NCBI GenBank assembly: GCA_023267075.1
Contig: JAHFNY010000002.1
Coordinates: forward strand, 1 to 46,411
Direction of reading: 5' to 3'
Length of the DNA: 46,411 nucleotides
From: Candidatus Vogelbacteria bacterium
Lineage (GTDB): Bacteria; Patescibacteriota; Minisyncoccia; Phycocordibacterales; XYD1-FULL-46-19
Numbering within the stretch: the first letter of the stretch is position 1; each line of letters starts with the position of its first letter. Below the pieces are notes generated by a model. It worked only from the letters and a program-made list of their open reading frames with translations, was not told where the DNA came from and made no database searches. The position numbers and the translations under genes were made by a program. This document shows positions 18,678 to 27,839 of the stretch, in pieces.

Positions 18678-19801
18678 TATATAAGAGAAGCAAAAATTTG
18701 ACTCATTCGCAAGGCGATTTTATCCCAATCGTAATTTTGTTTGATTAGTTCCCGCGCGTTGTTGGCAATTTCCCAAACTTTGGCTTTGTTTTTTTCATCC
18801 GTCACCCAATTAATTTTCTCGGCCAAACTTTCTGCATCATCGACGGGGACAATAAATCCGGTCTCATTATCTTTAAGAAAGTCGGTGATACCACCTACGG
18901 CCGTCGCAATCACCGGCACACCCGCCGCCATCGCTTCTAAAAAGGAATTACCCAAACCTTCCGAGCGACTAGGCCTAGTAAAAACGTCTGCTTGCTGTAA
19001 TTCTTGGGGGATCTGATCATTAGCAATATTACCCAAAAATTTTACTCGTGATTCTAAATTTAGATTTTTCACTAAAGTTTTAAGCTTAACTTCTTCTTCC
19101 CCCGTCCCAGCGATTCTTAAATTAAAATTAGTCGGGAGTTTAGCCAAAGCCTGAATAATTACCCCCACCGCATTTTTTTTAACCAAGCGGGAAGCAGTAA
19201 AAATTATTTTCTCATTTTGAGAATTAAATTTAGTCTGATCACAAAAAAACATTTTTAAGTCCACTCCATTGGGTAAAATTGAAACCGAACCACGATAACC
19301 ATATTTTTTAGCTCGAGTGGCTAAGTAATTACTAATAACGGTTAAGTAAGTAGTCCGCTTTAGTGCCAACCCCCAAGATAAACCAATTAAACCAAACCAA
19401 CGGAAGGTAAGATGACTTTCTGAATCTCCTTCTTGCAAATTAAGAATAATCGGGATCTTATGCCAGAAACGAAATAAATTATGAATATAAGCCACTCCAC
19501 TAGCAAATGTGGCCATCACACACCAAAACAAAGTGTAATGATTATCCTGATCAAGACTAACGGCCTTAAACGCGCCCAAAAATGGGAGAAATAATTTATC
19601 GATCATTGGCACTCCCCAGCCTAACCGATAGACCTTCACCCGCCCCACTTGTTCTTCTGACTTTAATTTGGGATCAAGTTTGGCGGTAATGAGATCAAAA
19701 TCATAATCGATCAGCCGATCAGTCAACTCCTTCACCGCCACTTCCGCCCCGCCAATGAAGGGCAAGTACGCCGTAGAGAAAATAAGCACCCGTTTAGACA
19801 T
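18677..19801 (-). CDS. glycosyltransferase family 4
   Basis: Contains VLIFSTAYLPFIGGAEV and PSRSEGLGNSFLEAMAAGVPVIATAVGGITDF. Confidence 0.85.
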   Translation of the reverse strand: MSKRVLIFSTAYLPFIGGAEVAVKELTDRLIDYDFDLITAKLDPKLKSEEQVGRVKVYRLGWGVPMIDKLFLPFLGAFKAVSLDQDNHYTLFWCVMATFASGVAYIHNLFRFWHKIPIILNLQEGDSESHLTFRWFGLIGLSWGLALKRTTYLTVISNYLATRAKKYGYRGSVSILPNGVDLKMFFCDQTKFNSQNEKIIFTASRLVKKNAVGVIIQALAKLPTNFNLRIAGTGEEEVKLKTLVKNLNLESRVKFLGNIANDQIPQELQQADVFTRPSRSEGLGNSFLEAMAAGVPVIATAVGGITDFLKDNETGFIVPVDDAESLAEKINWVTDEKNKAKVWEIANNARELIKQNYDWDKIALRMSQIFASLI

Positions 19802-19809
19802 AAGGCCGA

Positions 19810-21462
19810 TTATACCTCAAGCATCTTCTTTAGCACATCTTCAGGAACTTCTGGTTTAGCCCCGACGTCGCTTCGCGAGTCGGGACCCCGACCTTGCGTC
19901 GGGGCTTCATTAGATTTTGGTACTTCAGGCTTGGGTTCAATCGTCTTTACTACCGCCGCGAGGGCCGCTTTTAAATCATTCTTAAATTGATCAGTCCCCG
20001 TCTTTTTAGCTGGGGCCAAGTCTTTAAGCGAGACAGTTTTAGCCGGTGGCGGGACCGGTTTAGGAGCCGGGGTCGGAGCGGGCTTAGATACTACGGGCGA
20101 GGCAGCAATAGGCGGTTTAGGAGCCACCGAAGGCGCACTAGGAGCTTTAGGCGGGGTAGCAACGGCCACAACCTCAGGCTGATGCCAATCTACAATTGTT
20201 TGTTCTACTAGCGCTCGCGGCTTGGCATAGTGCTCATGGGTATAGGCAATCACTTTATCCCGCTGAGAGGGTGAGGTAGTTACAATCGGCGGCAAGGTCG
20301 TGGCCGAGAAGGGCGGCGAGCCAACGCCATCAATCATCAAGCTCAAATAAATTTGAGTGAAGCCCAGATTGACCAAATCCTCTTGAGTAAAGGTGGGGAA
20401 GAAGACTTTCTCCAGTACCTCGGCATCAAAGGGACCAACCCGGAATGAGATTAATGTCCCGACGTTGCCAAAGACGGCATTGCGCACCTCTTCTTCCATC
20501 TGTTCAATATATTGATGGGCAATAGTAAGTGAGAGTTTATATTTACGCGCTTCTGATAAAATATTCTCAAAGGTTTTATTGGCGAAAGATTGGAACTCGT
20601 CTACATAAAGATAGAATGGCGGCAATTGCCGGAGCTCGGCCTCCGGCACATTAGAGCGCGACATCGCCGCTAGATAAATCTTAGTAATGAGCATGCCACC
20701 CAAGAGATTGGCATTTTGCTCCCCCACTCGGCCTTTGGACAAGTTGATCAGCAAAATTTTCTTCTTATCCATCACCTCGCGGAAGTCAAAACTAGACTTA
20801 CTCTGGCCGATCATATTCCGGATCAAGGGGTTAGAAGTAAATTGCCCCACTTTATTTTGAATCGCCGGCGTGGCCTCAGCGGCGAAGCGCTCGGTATATT
20901 TAGCAAATTCATCCACCCAAAAGGACTTTACCGCTGGGTCAGAAATATTGGCTACCACCTTCTCTCTAAACTTTTTATCGGCGAGCATTCGGTTTACCCC
21001 CAAGAGGGTTGAACCGGGATATTCTAACAACGCTAAAATCGTATTATTTAAAATGTATGCCATCCGAGCGCTCCAAGCATCCACCCAAATCTTCTCAAAG
21101 GTGCTCATTAGGCCACTCGCGACCAAGTGGCGCTGATCCTTACCCACATCCTCCATCACATTAAAAGCAATCGGATGATCAAGGTCAAAAGGCGCCAGAT
21201 AAATCACATCACGAACTCGCTCGGGTGGAATGAAGTCCAAAAGCTTTTCCACCACACTGCCATGCGGATCAATAAAGCACATTCCCTCACCATTTTTAAT
21301 ATCCTGAATTGCCAAGTTCTCCAGCAAGGTAGACTTACCCATACCCGTCTTGCCGATAATATACATGTGGCGCGAGCGATCTTCAGACTTAATGCCAAAA
21401 GGCATCTTCTTGCCCCGGAAATCGGTTTGGCCAAAATAATTAAGGTGCGGAGTAAACTCCAT
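19810..21462 (-). CDS. TraG/TraD/VirD4-like type IV coupling-protein-family ATPase with a Pro/Ala-rich tail
   Basis: Walker A IGKTGMGKST and Walker B-like FYLYVDEFQSFA. The C-terminal ~130 aa are low complexity (ATPPKAPSAPSVAPKPPIAASPVVSKPAPTPAPKPVPPPAKT). Confidence 0.65.
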   Translation of the reverse strand: MEFTPHLNYFGQTDFRGKKMPFGIKSEDRSRHMYIIGKTGMGKSTLLENLAIQDIKNGEGMCFIDPHGSVVEKLLDFIPPERVRDVIYLAPFDLDHPIAFNVMEDVGKDQRHLVASGLMSTFEKIWVDAWSARMAYILNNTILALLEYPGSTLLGVNRMLADKKFREKVVANISDPAVKSFWVDEFAKYTERFAAEATPAIQNKVGQFTSNPLIRNMIGQSKSSFDFREVMDKKKILLINLSKGRVGEQNANLLGGMLITKIYLAAMSRSNVPEAELRQLPPFYLYVDEFQSFANKTFENILSEARKYKLSLTIAHQYIEQMEEEVRNAVFGNVGTLISFRVGPFDAEVLEKVFFPTFTQEDLVNLGFTQIYLSLMIDGVGSPPFSATTLPPIVTTSPSQRDKVIAYTHEHYAKPRALVEQTIVDWHQPEVVAVATPPKAPSAPSVAPKPPIAASPVVSKPAPTPAPKPVPPPAKTVSLKDLAPAKKTGTDQFKNDLKAALAAVVKTIEPKPEVPKSNEAPTQGRGPDSRSDVGAKPEVPEDVLKKMLEV

Positions 21463-21471
21463 ACTTCTATT

Positions 21472-22629
21472 TTACTCTAATTTAAACGCAGCGCGAGTGT
21501 ATAGATTCTTGGGATCCCACATCATCCAACTAGTGAGACCCACGTCATAGGTAGCTTTAATCTGATCATCAATCATTGCCGCCGTATAATCAGCGCCAAG
21601 ATTAAAATCTTGAAGCCACGGCCGGAGCTTGAGCGGACTAGAACTGGCGGCCACCGCTCGCGCTACCGCGCTCGCCATAGAAATTTTAATCACCTCATAA
21701 GGATTAGCGGCCGGATTCTTAAAATTATTCCAACCAGTCGGCCAGTGGGACGGGTAAACCATCGGTGAGACATAATCAAAGTAGGGCAGAGTATTCTCCA
21801 GCACTTGGCCAATGCCTAAATCATCGGTATTAGTGGTCGTCATACCAAACAAATCGACCGAAGTCTTCATCCCAGTATTAACCAACTGACTGTGTAAATA
21901 ACTGAAGAAACTTTTCAACATTTCCGCTTTGGTGGATGTGCCAATAGTGAAGGTATAAAGCGCGTCGGCCATATTGCCATCAGACGGGTAGCGGACGTAA
22001 TCAAAATTAATTTCATCAAAGCCGAGAGTATAAGAATCTTTAGCTAAACTAGTGATGTAATCCCAATACGGCTTGGCCCCCACATCAATAAATGAGAGGC
22101 CCTTGCGATCCTTCCACACGCCACCCGTACTTTTACTCTTCACCGCCAATTCTGGATGGAGCTTGGTGTAGAGCGGATCTTGAAAGACGGCAATCCGACC
22201 AATCACGTAAATATGATTAGTGTGTAACTCCCGGATAAAATCACCTAAATCTTTAGCCACACAGCTAGCCCCCGCCGCAGATTGGAGTTTAGGATCGCCA
22301 AAAGAAATGGAGCCAGAATAATCTTTAATATCAATCACCACAGCATTAAGCTCCGTTGTCCTAATAAAATTTTGTAAATCCTCTCGCCAATGCGGCGTGG
22401 CCGCCACACACGCCGTCATATAAATAGCTTTAAGCGGCTCGGGAGTAATAATATGCGAGACGGGCGGTGGTAAATTAATTTGACCGGTGGTAGAAGAAAC
22501 TGCTGCCACATTAGGCGATTGATATTCAAATGGGTCTGCAAAAACCGTCCAAGCAAAAAAACCAATCACTAGCACTAAAGCTAAAATGATAATGAGTAAA
22601 AATAATTTGGCTTGAAGCCGCTTAGGCAT
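21472..22629 (-). CDS. membrane-anchored putative glycoside hydrolase (DUF4015/GHL-type TIM barrel)
   Basis: Has an N-terminal TM anchor, then LNAVVIDIKDYSG, IYVIGRIAVFQD and GFDEINFDYVRYPSDG, as in the putative glycosyl hydrolase domain family. Confidence 0.6.
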   Translation of the reverse strand: MPKRLQAKLFLLIIILALVLVIGFFAWTVFADPFEYQSPNVAAVSSTTGQINLPPPVSHIITPEPLKAIYMTACVAATPHWREDLQNFIRTTELNAVVIDIKDYSGSISFGDPKLQSAAGASCVAKDLGDFIRELHTNHIYVIGRIAVFQDPLYTKLHPELAVKSKSTGGVWKDRKGLSFIDVGAKPYWDYITSLAKDSYTLGFDEINFDYVRYPSDGNMADALYTFTIGTSTKAEMLKSFFSYLHSQLVNTGMKTSVDLFGMTTTNTDDLGIGQVLENTLPYFDYVSPMVYPSHWPTGWNNFKNPAANPYEVIKISMASAVARAVAASSSPLKLRPWLQDFNLGADYTAAMIDDQIKATYDVGLTSWMMWDPKNLYTRAAFKLE

Positions 22630-22854
22630 TTAGGGATGTGGTGGGGTTGGTGGTAAATCGGGAATGGGAGTGACATTGGTACCGCGCGAGCGACTACCAG
22701 CAAAACCAAGGAGCATAATCACTAATCCCAACACTAAATACAGCAAACGATCAAATTTCCCCGGGAAACCAGAAAAAAGCGCGAGGAGAAATACCACTCC
22801 GCCCAAAATGGCCGTTGCCCGATTGCGCCACAGCGCTTGACGTAAATTCATCAT
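22630..22854 (-). CDS. small 2-TM membrane protein (hypothetical)
   Basis: Two hydrophobic helices (AILGGVVFLLALFSGF, LYLVLGLVIMLLGFAG). Start taken at ATG 22854, immediately after the murC stop. Confidence 0.4.
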   Translation of the reverse strand: MMNLRQALWRNRATAILGGVVFLLALFSGFPGKFDRLLYLVLGLVIMLLGFAGSRSRGTNVTPIPDLPPTPPHP

Positions 22855-22855
22855 C

Positions 22856-24169
22856 CTATGATAACAGAGCGTCGGCAACGTCGCAAACATTGCCCGCGCC
22901 AATAGTAATAACTAAATCATCCGGTTTAAGTTCTTCTTTAAGTACCGTAGGAATAACCTTCAAATCAAGGGCGCGAGCGGGGGTAAAATGATTGATAGCG
23001 GTGGCTAAAACTTCATGAGAAATAGTTGGATCAATTGGCTCGCGAGCGGCGTAAATGGGCGCCACTATCACCTCACTCGCATCTTTAAAGCTCTCGGCAA
23101 ACTGGGTCAAAAGCAATTTAGTCCGCGAGTATAAGTGGGGTTGGAAAACGGCAATGATTCGCTTGTTGGGGAACTTCTCCTTCGCCGCGGCAAGTGTGGC
23201 TTTAATCTCGGTGGGATGATGAGCATAGTCATCGTAAACCAATGCTCCGCCTAATTCCCCTTTAAACTCAAACCGCCGCCAGGTGCCTTTGAACTTGTTC
23301 AAGGCTTGGACCGCGACATCAATGCTTATTCCTAAAGTTTGGGCCGCGGCCAAGGCCGCTTGAGCATTAAGAATATTATGGGCCCCAGGCACGAGTAAAT
23401 TTAAATTTTTAGTGTTTTCTAATTTGTAATCTATTACTTTACATTTAGCGGCGGCGGCAACCGAGCTTACATTCGGCAAAGACTGATCGCAAATTAAATA
23501 ACCGTCGGCCGGAACTTTCTGGACCAAGGCAATAAACGCACTTTGGATATCCGCCAAATCTTTATAATAATCCAGATGATCATTATCAATATTGGTAATG
23601 ACTAAAATTTGGGGTGATAAATTTAAGAAGGAACGCCGCCACTCACAAGCCTCGGCAATTAAAAGATCACCCGTGCCGGCAATAAAATTGGTCCTCTTAT
23701 TATTCTCATCAAACATAAAGCTCCCCACCACCACCGTTGGATCCAAGTTAGCGGCGAGCGCGATCTGGGCAATCATGGCGGTAGTCGTCGTTTTACCGTG
23801 AGTACCAGCAATTGCGACCGTTTTCTTGGTTTGAGAAATTTGCCCCAGCGCCTCGGGATAAGTCATCATTGGCACACCCAACTGCTCGGCCGCCTGGCGC
23901 TCAGGGTTATCGGCCGGGATGGCGATGGTGTAAATAACAAGTTCAGTATCGGGAAGTAAGTTTTCAGCTCTATGACCAATGTGGACTTTTATCCCATATT
24001 TTTCTAATTCATCAGTAACTAAGCTCTGATTTTGATCTGAACCAGTAATTCGCATCCCTGCTTCGCCAAGGCTACGCAGGGCAAGCATCCTGGCAATCGC
24101 CGAAACCCCAATCCCCCCAATCCCAATAAAATGGACTTTTTTAATATTGTGTAAATTAATTTCTAACAT
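22856..24169 (-). CDS. murC: UDP-N-acetylmuramate--L-alanine ligase
   Basis: Contains VHFIGIGGIGVSAIARML, AIAGTHGKTTTTAMI and DDYAHHPTEI. Confidence 0.9.
   Translation of the reverse strand: MLEINLHNIKKVHFIGIGGIGVSAIARMLALRSLGEAGMRITGSDQNQSLVTDELEKYGIKVHIGHRAENLLPDTELVIYTIAIPADNPERQAAEQLGVPMMTYPEALGQISQTKKTVAIAGTHGKTTTTAMIAQIALAANLDPTVVVGSFMFDENNKRTNFIAGTGDLLIAEACEWRRSFLNLSPQILVITNIDNDHLDYYKDLADIQSAFIALVQKVPADGYLICDQSLPNVSSVAAAAKCKVIDYKLENTKNLNLLVPGAHNILNAQAALAAAQTLGISIDVAVQALNKFKGTWRRFEFKGELGGALVYDDYAHHPTEIKATLAAAKEKFPNKRIIAVFQPHLYSRTKLLLTQFAESFKDASEVIVAPIYAAREPIDPTISHEVLATAINHFTPARALDLKVIPTVLKEELKPDDLVITIGAGNVCDVADALLS
24056..24086. repeat. possible diverged, longer copy of the palindromic element inside murC
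   Basis: CCCTGCTTCGCCAAGGCTACGCAGGGCAAGC. Its flanks CCCTGC...CAGGGCAAGC match copy 1 (CCCTGC...CAGGCAAGC). It encodes LALRSLGEAGM, about 5 residues more than the E. coli MurC sequence as I recall it at this point. Confidence 0.35.
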
Positions 24170-24668
24170 ACTTAAGATAATTTCTTATTATACTGGACTC
24201 GTCTAAATCACTCCGCCCATACTTTTTTCCTTGTTCAACAAAAATATTTTCTAAAGTCTCTGGCGCAATCCACTTAATTTCACTCTTTGATTCTACTTCA
24301 TCTTTATCTCGACTTTCTGGATCAAGACTTGTCATCTTAACGTGAAAGTAGAGCGTCGTTTTTTCTACTTCCACCTTACTTACTCGCAAAGGAAAATGAG
24401 ATTTAATTGACCCAAGATATGCCTTCACTTCTCCCGCCGCACCAAATTCTTCTTTCAATCCTCGCAAAACTGTCGTTTCTAGTGCCTCTCCTGATTCTAT
24501 TGATTCTCTCATCAGCAACCAGAGATCGCTCTTTTTTTCTGTCTCAATTGGCAAATCATCTTTTTTATAAAAATGAACACAAATTAATCCCTCATCATTA
24601 GTAAGCACCGCTCCTACCGAAACATGGAACGGGAACTCCTTGGTAGCTTTAGTAATACTTACACTCAT
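24156..24668 (-). CDS. NUDIX hydrolase
   Basis: Has a Nudix-box-like segment ESIESGEALETTVLRGLKEEFGAAG. It overlaps the murD stop (ATGA) and the murC start. Confidence 0.7.
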   Translation of the reverse strand: MSVSITKATKEFPFHVSVGAVLTNDEGLICVHFYKKDDLPIETEKKSDLWLLMRESIESGEALETTVLRGLKEEFGAAGEVKAYLGSIKSHFPLRVSKVEVEKTTLYFHVKMTSLDPESRDKDEVESKSEIKWIAPETLENIFVEQGKKYGRSDLDESSIIRNYLKYVRN

Positions 24669-26005
24669 TTTAATTTCCTCACCAATTTATTAAACTGGTC
24701 ACCGCGGTCGAATTCATTCTGGAAAAGGCCAAAGGAAGCGGCGCCAGGGGAAAGTAGAATCAAGTCGCCGCGTTTGGCTAGGCCCTGAGCTTGCCGAAGG
24801 GCTAATTTCATATTATCCACCATAATCACCGGAAACTTTTTTTTCAACGGCTTGCCTGCCGGCGAGGCAGGTAGAGTAACAAGAATTTTTTTAGTCGCCG
24901 TACCCTCAAATAAAATCAAACCTTTGAGATATTTGGGCACAATTTGGCCATAGCGAGTATAATCTAATTCTTTATCTGTCCCGCCACCAATTAAAATAAT
25001 TTTACCCTTAAATTGCTTCAACGCATGAACTGCTGCCAGCACGGCGTCGGGTGTGGTGGCCGTGGTGTCATTGTAATATTTAATCCCCTTTACCTCTCTA
25101 ATAAATTCCAATCGCCCCGGTAAACCTTTAAAGTTTTTAACCGCCTTTTTAATTACCGAGTCAGACACTCCTAAAACTTTAGCCGCCGTACTGGCCAAGA
25201 CGGCATTATACTCTCGATGCTGACCGGCCAAGAGTGATTGCTTGGGGATTATTAACTTACCTTTTGGCTTCAAACTTTTTACTTTTTTAGCCACCTGACT
25301 ACCAGCAATTAATACATCTTCTTTAGTTTGATGAATAAAAATATTGGCTTTATCGGCAAAATATCTTTCCATATCTCCATGATAGTAATTTAAGTGATCC
25401 ACCATGAAAGTGGTGAAAACAGATAGATGCGGACTAATTTTATTATCGCCAAAGCTCTGCAATTGCCACGAGTCTAGCTCCATCACCACGTAATCACCTT
25501 TTTTAATTTTTTTTAATAACGGCAAAGTGGCTGTCCCTCGCACATTCCCGGCCAAGTACACTTTCTTTTTAGCTTGTTTTAAAATCTCAAACAATAAGTG
25601 CGTCACCGTACTTTTACCCCGGGTGCCAGTGATGCCAATAATTTTTACCCCCACTGGAGCGAGTCTACAGAAGAGCGAGGCATCTTGCTCGACTTCAATT
25701 TTATTCTTCTCCGCTTCTTTAAGATAAATAGAATCAAGCGGAACATTCGGCGCCCGAACAATTAAATCTTTATTTCTAAAATCTTCTAACCGATGCTCGC
25801 CCAAGTGGTAGGTAATAGCTTTTAGCTTCTTTAGCTGATTCAAAGCAGGAGCAAGCTCTTTTTCAGTCTTTAAATCCGTCACAGTTAAAATCGCTCCCTG
25901 TTCCGCCAAGAATTTGATTACCCCAATCCCCCGGCCGAGGAGCCCCAGGCCCATCACCGTCACCTTTTTGCCCTTAAAGTAGCCTTGCCAAGTCATCCCC
26001 GCCAT
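24665..26005 (-). CDS. murD: UDP-N-acetylmuramoylalanine--D-glutamate ligase
   Basis: Contains VMGLGLLGRG, IGITGTRGKSTV and LLSPGAASFGLFQNEFDRGDQF. Confidence 0.9.
   Translation of the reverse strand: MAGMTWQGYFKGKKVTVMGLGLLGRGIGVIKFLAEQGAILTVTDLKTEKELAPALNQLKKLKAITYHLGEHRLEDFRNKDLIVRAPNVPLDSIYLKEAEKNKIEVEQDASLFCRLAPVGVKIIGITGTRGKSTVTHLLFEILKQAKKKVYLAGNVRGTATLPLLKKIKKGDYVVMELDSWQLQSFGDNKISPHLSVFTTFMVDHLNYYHGDMERYFADKANIFIHQTKEDVLIAGSQVAKKVKSLKPKGKLIIPKQSLLAGQHREYNAVLASTAAKVLGVSDSVIKKAVKNFKGLPGRLEFIREVKGIKYYNDTTATTPDAVLAAVHALKQFKGKIILIGGGTDKELDYTRYGQIVPKYLKGLILFEGTATKKILVTLPASPAGKPLKKKFPVIMVDNMKLALRQAQGLAKRGDLILLSPGAASFGLFQNEFDRGDQFNKLVRKLK
24850..24872. repeat. GC-rich palindromic element, copy 2 (in frame in murD)
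   Basis: GCTTGCCTGCCGGCGAGGCAGGT, with stem CCTGCC/GGCAGG. It encodes LPASPAGKP. Confidence 0.7.
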
Positions 26006-26040
26006 TTTAGCAGAAAGGCCTTTTAGGGCATAATATAAGG

Positions 26041-26649
26041 GTGAGCTGGCTAATCCCCTTAATTGAGCATTATCGCTATCTAATCCTCTTCCCCATCGCC
26101 GCTATTGAGGGCCCAGTGGTGGCACTCGTGGTGGGCTTTTTAATCTCCCTTGGTTATTTAAGTTTTATCCCGGCTTATCTTATTCTCGTTTTAGGCGATA
26201 TTATCCCTGACAGTATTTATTATTACCTTGGCCGTTTTGGCAATGAGCGAGCTTTGGTAAAAAAATATTTCTCCGGTGAAGGTTTCCTCGCCGGTCATCT
26301 CCAAGCGGTCGAGAAATTGTGGCATCATCACGGTGGCAAGACCATGTTCTTCAGCAAGCTGGCGTATGGCTTAAGCACGCCATTTTTAATTAGCGCTGGC
26401 CTCGCCAAATTGCCAGTAAAAAAGTTTTTTACTTACGCTCTGCCGGTTACCTTTGGTCAATATTTGGTTCTTTTAACTATTGGCTATTTTTTTGGTAGTT
26501 CCTACCAAAAGTTTGCTGATTACTTCACTTCTTTTGGTTTAATTATTGCCGGCTTAGGAATTTTAATTGTTCTCTATCTCCTCTTTTCCCGTTATGCCCG
26601 GCGCGAGATCATTAAACTGGAAGAAGGAGAAGAGAAAGTATCATTATGA
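26041..26649 (+). CDS. DedA-family membrane protein
   Basis: 202 aa and multi-TM, with FPIAAIEGPVVALVVGFL and GDIIPDSIYYYLGRFG typical of DedA/SNARE-associated proteins. GTG start as given in the track. Confidence 0.75.
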   Translation: MSWLIPLIEHYRYLILFPIAAIEGPVVALVVGFLISLGYLSFIPAYLILVLGDIIPDSIYYYLGRFGNERALVKKYFSGEGFLAGHLQAVEKLWHHHGGKTMFFSKLAYGLSTPFLISAGLAKLPVKKFFTYALPVTFGQYLVLLTIGYFFGSSYQKFADYFTSFGLIIAGLGILIVLYLLFSRYARREIIKLEEGEEKVSL

Positions 26650-27839
26650 AAATTGTTATTGCGAGCGACAATTTTTATCCTGAACTCTCTGGCATTACCG
26701 ATTCCCTGGTCCTCTCGATTAAAACTTTAACTGCTCGTGGGCACCAAGTATTAGTCCTCGCCCCTCGCTACGCTCGGGGTGATTATGAGAAAGTTAATTT
26801 GAAAGAGGAAGAATTAACCCTGCCTAATCTCACAGTCTGCCGTTTGCCGAGCGTCATTTTCCCCGGCTCGGCCACCGGCCAGAGCCGGATTGCCCTCCCT
26901 CTTGGCCGCGGCTATCAGGCGATTAAAAAGTTTGCCCCTGATATTATCCATACTCACTCCCCGTTTGGCGCCGGACTAGAAGCGCTGGTCGCGGCCAAAA
27001 AATTAAAAATTCCTTTGATTGGGACCAATCACACTCCCATTGCCGAATTCATGGCTTATAGTCCCCTTAACTTTAATTGGCTCACGGGCGCGATGTGCCG
27101 TTATTTCTCGTGGTATTACAATCAATGCTATTTCGTCTCGGCCCCAAGCCAGGCCTTATTAGATGAGATGGCAAAGTCTGGCTTCAAGCAAAAGTCGGCC
27201 CCCATCTCCAACCCCATTAATGTGTCCGGCTTTAAACCGGCAGCGAGCCCGAGCGACAAGCAAGCATTGAAAAAACTTTTCAAATTATCCGAGAAAACGG
27301 TTCTCTACACCGGTCGGCTCGCCGCCGAGAAGCACGTAGATGTAATTATTAAAGCGATGGTTAAAGTGAAAGCGGCCGTACCAGAGATAACACTCGCCCT
27401 CACCGGTCATGGCGCGGCCGAAACCAGTTTAAAAGATTTAACCAAGCAACTAGACCTAGAAACAATCGTTAGATTCTTCGGCTTTGTTAGCCCTAGTGAT
27501 TTAAAAGCCTTGTATCAAGCGAGTGACATCTTCACCATTATGAGCACCGCCGAGTCACAGAGCTTGAGTTTATTCCAGGCTTTCGCCTCTGGCTTGCCGG
27601 TCATCGGCGCCCGGGCCAGAGCTTTGCCAGAATATATTAATCACGATAATGGCTATTTAGTGGAACCAGGCGACGATCAAGCGCTAGCCGAGATAATTAT
27701 TAAACTGGCGACTGATCCGGTCCTTGCCACCCGTTTGGGTGAAAACGGCTTACACGCCAGCGAGCGCTTCTCACCGGTAGAGATTACTAATCAGTGGGAA
27801 AAGCTTTATAATGAAACAGCCCAAAATTATGGACACTAA
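26646..27839 (+). CDS. glycosyltransferase family 4 (possibly a glycolipid synthase)
   Basis: Starts MKIVIASDNFYPELSGITDS and contains STAESQSLSLFQAFASGLPVIGARARALPE. Its start overlaps the DedA stop as ATGA. Confidence 0.8.
   Translation: MKIVIASDNFYPELSGITDSLVLSIKTLTARGHQVLVLAPRYARGDYEKVNLKEEELTLPNLTVCRLPSVIFPGSATGQSRIALPLGRGYQAIKKFAPDIIHTHSPFGAGLEALVAAKKLKIPLIGTNHTPIAEFMAYSPLNFNWLTGAMCRYFSWYYNQCYFVSAPSQALLDEMAKSGFKQKSAPISNPINVSGFKPAASPSDKQALKKLFKLSEKTVLYTGRLAAEKHVDVIIKAMVKVKAAVPEITLALTGHGAAETSLKDLTKQLDLETIVRFFGFVSPSDLKALYQASDIFTIMSTAESQSLSLFQAFASGLPVIGARARALPEYINHDNGYLVEPGDDQALAEIIIKLATDPVLATRLGENGLHASERFSPVEITNQWEKLYNETAQNYGH

Noticed and set aside
19810-21462. A conjugative element or type IV secretion system
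   Set aside because: Only the coupling-protein-like ATPase is present. There is no relaxase, VirB4/VirB-type gene, pilin or oriT-like repeat in the window.
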